Of a DNA stretch of 64,000 nt, positions 56,508 through 64,000 are shown in pieces (the stretch's first letter is position 1; each line of letters starts with the position of its first letter). The DNA is from Candidatus Daviesbacteria bacterium (GTDB taxonomy: Bacteria; Patescibacteriota; Microgenomatia; Daviesbacterales; UBA10151). The stretch spans positions 20,222 through 84,221 of the forward strand of contig JACPZA010000026.1 of the NCBI GenBank assembly GCA_016195715.1. Direction: 5' to 3'. Made by a program: the position numbers and the translations under genes. Under the pieces are notes generated by a model. It was not told where the DNA came from and ran no database searches. It saw only the letters and a list, made by a program, of their open reading frames with translations.

Positions 56508-57476
56508 AAGTTTTTGAAGCTAAACTTCATCTAATTCTATTCTAGCACTTTCAAGTTCAATTTCAAATATAACTTATAACATTTTTTTATTTCATAATTA
56601 TAAAACCCTATAATTTAATAGATATTAGTAAATTTTTCTACTTATTCACTTTTCCACAATACCTATCCAAATAGATCAATAAGTACTTATTTAATTACCG
56701 CATGAATCTATTACTTTTTCTCTTTTTATTCAAGTTCTTAATAAATTAATACTAAATATATTTATCTATATCAAATAATATTATATTTTGTTTCACAGCT
56801 TATATGAAAATATTTGTGAAAAACATAATCCTATAAAACATTTAGCGTTGTTTTTAAACTTACAAGCATAGCTATAAATCTTATAATATATTTATTTGAG
56901 ATATTTCTTATTTATTATAGTATTTTTAAACTTTTTTATTTTTTTTAAAAATTATCCTAAATATTTTCAAATAAAATACTAGTTAGGTTACTCTTTTTTG
57001 ATTATTTTGGAGCATTTTTGGGGACATTTGACTATTTTTTGACCATTTTCAGGCTTTTTTCCTATAGTTTACTAAAATTAGCGATGAATTAGTTTAAATG
57101 CTAAGTGATTTTTTTAACAATTTAGCCTTTTATAACAATCTATTCTTAGATTAATTTATTGAATTTTTTAGTGTTTTTATAAGGACAATCTAGATTTATA
57201 AATAAAGTTATTTAACTTAAGTTATTTAATCAATTAATAGCCATATTTTAATAAAAATAAACTAAATCAAGATCTATCTAAATTAGCTTTTGCTTTAAAA
57301 AATTGAAGCTAAATTCTTGTGATTGGAGAAGATTAATTAAACCTGCTTTATGGTAATGTCTATTAAAAATTTTCCTAAGATTCGGTATTTAAAACTTTAA
57401 GTTGATCTATTGACAAGCTGTTCAATTTTTGCAACATTAGATATACTAATTATTTCCTAACTTTTTCCTAATTTTT
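56508..57476. other. ~970-bp extremely AT-rich ORF-free intergenic region between divergent leuS and the second giant HTH gene
   Basis: No ORF in any frame; long A/T runs; near-DnaA-box-like TTTTCCACA and TATCCAAAT around 56650-56670, neither a strong match. Confidence 0.5.
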
Positions 57477-60176
57477 ATGGCTAATTCTGAAAATATAATA
57501 AATCCAAAATCTAGATCCTTACTTTCAATTTCAAAGGCAGCTAAAATCTTATCTCTTTCACCAGATACTCTAAGGAACTGGGAGAAAGAAGGCAAACTAA
57601 TCCCTCTTAGAACTAAAGGTAAAGCTCGAAGATATAGCTTGTTTGAGCTCAAGCAACTGAAAAAAGATCTAAACTTAAAAGCGAAGCCCAAAAAGGGACT
57701 TATTTCTATTTCCAAAGCAGCAAGAGTACTAAACATATCTAGTGACACTTTAAGAAACTGGGATGAACAAGGTTTAATTACTATTCAAAGAAGCAAAGGT
57801 GGTGCTCGTAGATTTACCAAAGCAGAGATAAATAGAATCAAGAGTGAGTTTGATTTTGGTTTGAAAAAGCGAACCCCACCAAACCTTATTCCAGAACAAA
57901 AGCAAGTTATCTTAACTCCAGTTAACCCATATTTAAAAATCCTAAGATTTACCCCAGTTTTTATATTACTAATTTTTTCGTTATTAATTTATTCATTAAC
58001 TTTATCTTCAATAAACAACATTATTCCTACATCCCCTCAACCCTCAACTAATAAAACCACCAATCAAAAAATTAATACTCAACCATTGGATGAAATTAAA
58101 AAACAACTATTTAACTTTACTTCATCTTTAGAGGGTTTACAAAAAAATGTCTATGATCTTCAAGCTAGCTCACCAACTAACCCTGCTAATAATTCTCAAA
58201 TTTATTCATCCCGTTTAAATTCTAAAGATAGTTTTATTGGCCAAACTATTATTGATTCAAATGGAGTTGTTTATCCCAGCGCCAGAACTACTGATAATCA
58301 TCAGGTAACTATCCCTTCACTTGGAACTTGGGATCACCGATTTGCCGGAGTTTATTTGAATAGATTCGATGTTACATCCGGAGGTGATTTAACTGTTCAT
58401 GGCAAATCCAATCTTGGAGAGACCTCTTTTGATACAGTTAATATTATAGGCAATTTGGGAACAGATATTATCCCAGCTTCAAAAAGCCAGCTCTCTTTAG
58501 GAAGTGGCAGCTACTTTTTTAAACAAGCTTTTATCTCAACAATTAATGGTGGGGTATTTAATGCTACGAACCTTAATTCGACTAGTTTAACTTTAGGAAC
58601 TTCTGATTTAGGATCATCTTCTGGGCCAGTAATTGCTCTAGCCAACCTAACTACTACTCCAAATGCTATATCAAACCAGGGCTTTTTATATCTATCTGCT
58701 GGTGCTTTAAAATATCAAGGATCTTCAACTTTAACTACTATCGCTGCTGCAGATTATTCAGAAGATATGCCCTATTTGGGTAATTTGGAAGCTGGGGACA
58801 TAGTTAGTATCTCTTCTACTCCAAATTATACCTCAACCAATGAATATGATAAGTTTTATGTTGAAAAATCTCCTAAAAGTTACGATCCAAAAATTTTAGG
58901 CATAGTTTCATCGTTTTATGATCCTAAAACTCAAAACCAGCAAACATTACCTATCGCTCTAGTGGGTAGAGTGCCAGTAAAAGTTAGTAATGAGAATGGA
59001 TCGATACAACAAGGCGATCTATTAACTTCTTCTTCTATCCCCGGAGTAGCAATGAAAGCTAAGAGTCCTGGACAAGTCCTTGGAAAAGCTTTGGAAAGCT
59101 TTAGCGGTGAATCTGGTAAAATTTTAGTTTTTGTAAATGTGGGTTTTGGTGATCCAGAAAATTTATTATCAAACTTAAGCTTAACCCCAGATGGTTCCCT
59201 ACTTATTCCTAAGATTACCTCAACTCAAATTCAAATCTCACCTCAAATTCAATTTGCTAATCAATTAGAAAACTCTGACTCAACTTTGGACAGCTCAAAT
59301 CTAGTAGCTGCAGGTAGTTTAGCAACTAATTCAGAAAATACTCAAACTAATTATATTGAGGTTGCATCTAAATTAGAGCAGATTGATAACTCATTGAATA
59401 GTTATTCTCAAAGCTTAACAACTATTAATAATAAGTTAGCAGATCAATCTAATCAAATATCTCAAAATAATGAAAAAATTAACTTAATAGATCAAAATGT
59501 AGCGTCAAATTCTGCTCAGTTAGATTTACAGAATGACTTAATTTCTTCAAATTCTAGCCAAATTGCCCAAATCAACCAAGATGTATCCAACTTAAAGCTT
59601 ACTCCCCCAGAAATATTGCTGGCAACAAGCTCTGCTAATTTAGCTGAATTGTCAGTTGGAAACACAACATCAACCCTTAACTTAAGTGCATCAGATGCTA
59701 CAATTGCTGCTAATTTACATTCATTAGGAAATACATTTTTAGCTAAAACTAACTTGGCTGGAGACTTAACTCAAGATGGAACTCTATCTTTAACTGATGG
59801 AAAATCGATAAATGGCTTACCTACATTATATATACAAAACTCAAGTTTAGCTGAAAGTTTAGATCTGTTTAACGGCGCTGTTATTGTTGATAAATCAGGC
59901 CAAATTAAAGCTCAAACTATTTTAGTAGCTGAGTATAAAGTTATTGCTAATAGAACTAGTGGACAAGGAACTCTTGCTGCTAATAAAAAATCAGTTGATA
60001 TTGAAAATAAATTAGTTAATAAAACCTCTCGCATTCTAATTACCCCAACGACTCAGACAAATAAAGTTCTAGCTGTGACTGATAAAGTTGAGGGAGAAAA
60101 ATTTACAGTTTCCGCCTCCTCTACTAGTGATTCAGATATTAACTTTGATTGGTGGTTTGTCAATGAAATACCTTAA
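57477..60176 (+). CDS. Paralog of the giant protein (899 aa): two tandem MerR-type HTH domains, single TM, extracellular region with shared ~70-aa module, coiled coil and conserved C-terminal domain
   Basis: HTH1 LSISKAAKILSLSPDTLRNWEKEGKLIPLRTKGKARRY; HTH2 ISISKAARVLNISSDTLRNWDEQGLITIQRSKGGARRF; TM FTPVFILLIFSLLIYSL; C-terminal GNTFLAKTNLAGDLTQDGTLSLTDGKSINGLPTLY ... FDWWFV aligns with the C-terminus of 31854. Confidence 0.75.
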   Translation: MANSENIINPKSRSLLSISKAAKILSLSPDTLRNWEKEGKLIPLRTKGKARRYSLFELKQLKKDLNLKAKPKKGLISISKAARVLNISSDTLRNWDEQGLITIQRSKGGARRFTKAEINRIKSEFDFGLKKRTPPNLIPEQKQVILTPVNPYLKILRFTPVFILLIFSLLIYSLTLSSINNIIPTSPQPSTNKTTNQKINTQPLDEIKKQLFNFTSSLEGLQKNVYDLQASSPTNPANNSQIYSSRLNSKDSFIGQTIIDSNGVVYPSARTTDNHQVTIPSLGTWDHRFAGVYLNRFDVTSGGDLTVHGKSNLGETSFDTVNIIGNLGTDIIPASKSQLSLGSGSYFFKQAFISTINGGVFNATNLNSTSLTLGTSDLGSSSGPVIALANLTTTPNAISNQGFLYLSAGALKYQGSSTLTTIAAADYSEDMPYLGNLEAGDIVSISSTPNYTSTNEYDKFYVEKSPKSYDPKILGIVSSFYDPKTQNQQTLPIALVGRVPVKVSNENGSIQQGDLLTSSSIPGVAMKAKSPGQVLGKALESFSGESGKILVFVNVGFGDPENLLSNLSLTPDGSLLIPKITSTQIQISPQIQFANQLENSDSTLDSSNLVAAGSLATNSENTQTNYIEVASKLEQIDNSLNSYSQSLTTINNKLADQSNQISQNNEKINLIDQNVASNSAQLDLQNDLISSNSSQIAQINQDVSNLKLTPPEILLATSSANLAELSVGNTTSTLNLSASDATIAANLHSLGNTFLAKTNLAGDLTQDGTLSLTDGKSINGLPTLYIQNSSLAESLDLFNGAVIVDKSGQIKAQTILVAEYKVIANRTSGQGTLAANKKSVDIENKLVNKTSRILITPTTQTNKVLAVTDKVEGEKFTVSASSTSDSDINFDWWFVNEIP

Positions 60177-60229
60177 CTTAGTACTTGACTTATGCAAGCA
60201 AAAGATTATATCTTTCTTAAGTATAAATC

Positions 60230-62491
60230 ATGCGTAGAAATTTAACTGCCCCAATTGATTATTTGATATTTGCCTTAATTTCTGGGCTAACATTCTTAAT
60301 CCCCATTTTTTTTGTTAATTTGACTACAGAGTTTTATGAAATGCCCAAATTAATTTTATTAGTTATTTTTGTGGCTATTTTACTTTTACTTTGGAGCCTA
60401 AAATGGGTTATTGCTGGTAAAGTCGCTTTTACTAAAACCCCCCTAGATTTACCTTTAATTTTGCTGGCCATAGTTTTTATAGTTTCAACTTTATTTAGTA
60501 CTTCCCAACCAGTTTCTATCTTTGGAGCCTTTCCCAGAGTCAGCAACTCTACAGTTGCCTGGCTAAGTTATATTTGTTTATATTTTGTTATAGTTTCTAA
60601 TTTAAAAACTAAGCTCCAAATCATAACAATTTACTCTATCTTGAATGTTTCAGCTCTATTTATATCTTTTTTAACAATTCTTTCCTACTTAGGAATTTTT
60701 CTACCAGTTGATGCTCTAAATTTTATTAAATTTGTTAATTTCTCACCCACTGGCTCTTCTTTTGCTACCTCTGGACTACTAATTTTATTACTTCCACTTC
60801 CTTTAATCTCTTTAGTCCAAAAAAATAAAAATATGAGCCAGATTTTAGCTTTAGCTTTAGCTACTTTATATCTGATTACCATTATATTAATAGGTAGTTA
60901 TCAAATTTATGCTTTAGCAGTAATTTTAGCGGCTTTAGTTGCTTTCATTTATAGACAGGACTTTAAAAATAAATCTAGCTTATTATTTTTAATACCTATA
61001 TTAATAGCCGTAATATTATATGGACTAAGTTTTATTAATTTAAATTCAACTTCTAATTTTTTATATCAACAAAAGCAAAATTTTCCTCAAGAAATTCAGC
61101 TTTCACTTGCCAATACCTGGACAATTGCTGCTTCGAGCTTTAGGGATAAACCATTTTTGGGTAGTGGTCCGGCTACTTTTATTAATGATTTTAGTCTGTA
61201 TAAACCAATAGATTTTAATTTAAGTCAGGTTTGGAATTTAAGATTTGACAGTGGCTTTAATGAATATTTAGTAGCTCTTTCAACTTTGGGTGGATTGGGA
61301 CTGATAGCTTTAATCTTTCTAACAGTTAATATTTTAATATTTAGTAAAAAAGGTCTTAAAATAAAAGATGATAAATTCACCACCAGCTTGGCAATCTCTT
61401 CTGTAGTTATAATTGGATTGCTTTTGATTCACTCAATCACCTTGGTGACAATATTTGCGAGTTTATTAATTCTAGGTTTTTTAATGGCAAATAATAAGTC
61501 AATTAGTAGCCAAATTGAGGAATTGACATTAGGTATCAAAGCCTCCAAATTGACTGATTCAGATTTAGTTACTAATTTAATTATTGGGGATATTTTACCC
61601 ATGATTTTACTAATTCCGATTTTAATTCTAGTAATTTTTGTGGTTTGGCATACCAAGAATGCCACAATGGCAGAGTATCATCATCGCCAGGCTTTAAATC
61701 TAGCATCTAAAAATAGTTTGTTAACTTATGAAAACTTAAGACAATCAGAAAATTTAAATCCCTATATAGATACATATAGAACTGATCTTGCTCAAACTAA
61801 TCTAAGCATTGCTAATGCCATAGCCTTCCAAAAAGGTCCAACTCAAGCCTCTCCTTCTGGATCTTTAACTGATAATGATAAACAAACTATTCAACAACTT
61901 TTATCTCAAGCTATTGATGAAGCTAGGTTTGCGACCAGTTTAAATCCTCAAAGTTCAATTAATTGGGAGATTTTAGCCTCAATTTATCGCCAAATTTCTG
62001 GAGTTGCTCAAAATGCCCTAGCTTTTTCTCTGGATGCTTATGGCCGAGCAATTCAGCATGATCCGCTAAATCCTTTGCTTCGGTTAAACGTTGGTGGGGT
62101 CTATTATTCTGTCAGAAATTATGATTTAGCTATTAGATTTTTTAATGATTCCGTTAATTTAAAACCCGACTTTGCTAATGGTTATTATAATTTATCAGTT
62201 GCTTTGCGTGATAAAGGTAGCTTGGAAGAAGCAAAATTAGCAGCTGAAAAAGTTGTTTCTTTGCTTGATCCCAAAAGCCCTGATTATAAAGTGGCATCAG
62301 CTTATTTAGCTGATTTAAAGCAAAAAATTGCTACCGCCAGCTCTAACCAAACAACTGAGGTCAACCAAGTCACTCCACCTGCAGCTGCTGAAAACGGACC
62401 TTTGCAGAAAAAAACTCTACCTAAAGTCTTAGATAATCAGCTCAAAAATGCTCCGGAAAATATTGCCACTCCAGAAGCAATTAGAAAATAG
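60230..62491 (+). CDS. Polytopic membrane protein, O-antigen ligase/Wzy_C-like, with C-terminal TPR repeats
   Basis: About 12 TM helices with a large periplasmic loop; C-terminal TPR-like repeats (AYGRAIQHDPLNPLLRLNVGGVYYSVRNYDLAIRFFNDSVNLKPDFANGYYNLSVAL). Confidence 0.45.
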   Translation: MRRNLTAPIDYLIFALISGLTFLIPIFFVNLTTEFYEMPKLILLVIFVAILLLLWSLKWVIAGKVAFTKTPLDLPLILLAIVFIVSTLFSTSQPVSIFGAFPRVSNSTVAWLSYICLYFVIVSNLKTKLQIITIYSILNVSALFISFLTILSYLGIFLPVDALNFIKFVNFSPTGSSFATSGLLILLLPLPLISLVQKNKNMSQILALALATLYLITIILIGSYQIYALAVILAALVAFIYRQDFKNKSSLLFLIPILIAVILYGLSFINLNSTSNFLYQQKQNFPQEIQLSLANTWTIAASSFRDKPFLGSGPATFINDFSLYKPIDFNLSQVWNLRFDSGFNEYLVALSTLGGLGLIALIFLTVNILIFSKKGLKIKDDKFTTSLAISSVVIIGLLLIHSITLVTIFASLLILGFLMANNKSISSQIEELTLGIKASKLTDSDLVTNLIIGDILPMILLIPILILVIFVVWHTKNATMAEYHHRQALNLASKNSLLTYENLRQSENLNPYIDTYRTDLAQTNLSIANAIAFQKGPTQASPSGSLTDNDKQTIQQLLSQAIDEARFATSLNPQSSINWEILASIYRQISGVAQNALAFSLDAYGRAIQHDPLNPLLRLNVGGVYYSVRNYDLAIRFFNDSVNLKPDFANGYYNLSVALRDKGSLEEAKLAAEKVVSLLDPKSPDYKVASAYLADLKQKIATASSNQTTEVNQVTPPAAAENGPLQKKTLPKVLDNQLKNAPENIATPEAIRK

Positions 62492-63352
62492 TTAAATTAC
62501 TAAAAGAATTGTTCCTAAAAACATGACTGCTCCGCCAAGTAATCTTTCTTTGATATTTGTTTCTTTAAGAAATACTCCAGCAATAATTATTGAAAATAAT
62601 GTTGATAATTTAAAAATTGCAGATGCATAACCTATATAAACTAGCGAAAAAGCAGTATATGCAGCAAAAGTTCCTAAACTTCCTATACTACCCAGTATTA
62701 AAAACTTAGGAATTTCTTCTTTAAAATCTTTAAAATTTTGTTTAATTTTTCTTAAAATAAATGGAGTTAAAAATAATAGCACTAATATATTTTCACTCAC
62801 CGATGCCATCATTGGTGAACTCGCTTTTATAGCTTGTTTTTGGAAAACAGGTGTAATCCCCCAAATCAAATTGGCTATCAAAAAAGCCTGAATTGATCTA
62901 TTAGAGAATAGTCTTTTAAATGGTTTTAGCAGTCCCCCTTTAACTTCAGAGATGTTTAACAAATATGCTCCTAAAACTATAATGATAACCCCAATCCATT
63001 TAATTAAACTTGGGGTTTCTTTTAAGAAAATCATGGCAAAAATAGTCACAAATACTGGGTTAAAAGAAGCAATTGGTGAGATTAGTGAAATCTCTTCATT
63101 TTTAATCGACCAAAAAGAAAAATTAAATGCTATTAAATCTAATATAGCTGCAATTGTGATAATTAAATAAAAATTTGCTGATAGGATGATATTTTGTCCT
63201 AGAACCAATAGTAAAAGAAGCTGAAAAGGGATCAAAAAAGCAAATTGTCCAAAAAAAACAAGTCTTGGATTTAAATTTTTACTGATTTTTTTAATAATCA
63301 GCAGCCCAGTTGAAGTCCAAAACGCAAAAAATAAACTATATATAAACCACAT
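62492..63352 (-). CDS. EamA/DMT-family transporter (10 TM)
   Basis: Two-fold repeated 5-TM architecture; the start is more likely MWFIYSL (63352) than the ORF-track start, which would overlap tRNA-Ala. Confidence 0.5.
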   Translation of the reverse strand: MWFIYSLFFAFWTSTGLLIIKKISKNLNPRLVFFGQFAFLIPFQLLLLLVLGQNIILSANFYLIITIAAILDLIAFNFSFWSIKNEEISLISPIASFNPVFVTIFAMIFLKETPSLIKWIGVIIIVLGAYLLNISEVKGGLLKPFKRLFSNRSIQAFLIANLIWGITPVFQKQAIKASSPMMASVSENILVLLFLTPFILRKIKQNFKDFKEEIPKFLILGSIGSLGTFAAYTAFSLVYIGYASAIFKLSTLFSIIIAGVFLKETNIKERLLGGAVMFLGTILLVI

Positions 63353-63356
63353 AGGG

Positions 63357-63427
63357 TGGACCCGGAGGGAATCGGACCCTCGCCTATGCAATGCGAATGC
63401 ATCGTTTTGCCACTTAACTACGGGCCC
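63357..63427 (-). tRNA. tRNA-Ala (anticodon CGC), 71 nt, G3:U70 identity pair
   Basis: Hand-folded: acceptor GGGCCCG/CGGGUCC with G3-U70, anticodon stem AUGCA/UGCAU loop UUCGCAU, T-arm GAGGG-UCCGAUU-CCCUC, discriminator A. Confidence 0.7.
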
Positions 63428-63434
63428 TAAAAAG

Positions 63435-63507
63435 TGGACCGGAAGAGATTCGAACTCTCAACCCCCTCCATGCCATGGAGGTGCGCTAACCGTTACGCTA
63501 CCGGCCC
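63435..63507 (-). tRNA. tRNA-Ala (anticodon GGC), G3:U70 identity pair
   Basis: Acceptor GGGCCGG/CCGGUCC with G3-U70, D-arm GCGU-AACGGUUA-GCGC, anticodon stem CCUCC/GGAGG loop AUGGCAU, T-arm GAGAG-UUCGAAU-CUCUU, discriminator A. Confidence 0.8.
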
Positions 63508-63552
63508 TTCATATCTTTTGGTATTTTAGCAAAAAATTTTATTCTTTCCTAG

Positions 63553-64000
63553 CTAATGAAGTATTGATAAAGGATTTATAGCAATGCCTTTGAAGCGGAT
63601 TTCAAAGTGCAGATGAGTTCCTGTTGAGCGTCCTGTTGAGCCCATTTGACCAATGGTTTGTCCCCTAGAAACTGTTTGACCCGAGGAAACATAAATATTT
63701 GATAGATGAGCATATAGTGAAATATAACCATTGCCATGATCAATCATCACTCTATTTCCATAACCAAAATTATCTGGCCAACCAGCCACTGTGACTACCC
63801 CACCATCTGAGGCTACAACTGCTGGAGCATTGCGATTTGGTAAATCAATTCCAGGATGATACCAAGCAAAATATTGAGAAAGACCACTAGTAACAGTTGG
63901 CCAAATAAAGTTTCCACCACCTGGAGCTGAAAAGGTTGGTGAAGATGGACCCTGAGCCAGATATTGAGGTTGAATTCTTCGGATGACTGGAAATTTAATT
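63553..64000 (-). CDS. Peptidase M23 (LytM-type) family protein; N-terminus lies beyond the window edge
   Basis: HPGIDL (HxxxD) in the part that continues upstream of the ORF-track M; ...GNGYISLYAHL...GSTGRSTGTHLHFEI (HxH); the reading frame stays open to position 64000. Confidence 0.8.
   Translation of the reverse strand, partial: IKFPVIRRIQPQYLAQGPSSPTFSAPGGGNFIWPTVTSGLSQYFAWYHPGIDLPNRNAPAVVASDGGVVTVAGWPDNFGYGNRVMIDHGNGYISLYAHLSNIYVSSGQTVSRGQTIGQMGSTGRSTGTHLHFEIRFKGIAINPLSILH

Noticed and set aside
56640-56670. DnaA-box cluster / oriC in the AT-rich spacer
   Set aside because: Only two imperfect 9-mers (TTTTCCACA, TATCCAAAT). There is no dnaA/dnaN context in the window. I kept it only as a low-confidence note in the findings.

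Overview
This is a low-GC (~33-35%), gene-dense window read in the standard genetic code (TGA is a stop). The gene content and style look like a small-genome Patescibacteria/CPR-type bacterium; that is an inference from gene content, not a database result.

Clear housekeeping genes:
- PBP1A.
- secE-nusG-rplK-rplA, then a 15 kb interruption, then rplJ-rplL.
- nadE-like, purA and guaA.
- galE, mreB, ndk, argS, argF, argB, a GNAT, comEA/comEC, leuS and an M23 peptidase.
- Five tRNAs: Arg-CCU, Pro-CGG, Ala-CGC and Ala-GGC (the Arg and both Ala on the minus strand), plus none elsewhere.

Three things stand out:

1. Atypical F-type ATPase operon (25686-31679). It encodes b, delta, alpha, gamma, beta and epsilon, but there is no a-subunit gene in the operon. 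The only c-subunit-like element is a C-terminal hairpin with the diagnostic IEAIGRNP loop. That hairpin has no carboxylate in helix 2 and is fused to a ~190-aa secreted domain.

2. Two giant paralogous membrane proteins (3392 aa and 899 aa). Each starts with cytoplasmic MerR/excisionase-type HTH domains, then a single TM helix, then a very large Thr/Gly/Ser-rich repetitive extracellular part. They share a ~70-aa beta-rich module with the c-like fusion protein. A third, stand-alone copy of the same HTH is at 23404-23637.

3. Cellulosome-like surface components: a 1299-aa protein with a cohesin-like domain plus a dockerin, a 291-aa dockerin protein, and a 1157-aa zincin/FN3x3 protein.

The ORF-free gap at 51564-51960 carries a T-box riboswitch leader on the minus strand. 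It has a GGUGGCACCGCC core, antiterminator/terminator alternatives and a consensus sigma70 promoter, and lies upstream of GNAT-argB-argF(-argS).

I recognised no CRISPR array, IS element or rRNA. Every identification below comes from motif reading by eye; no database search was possible.
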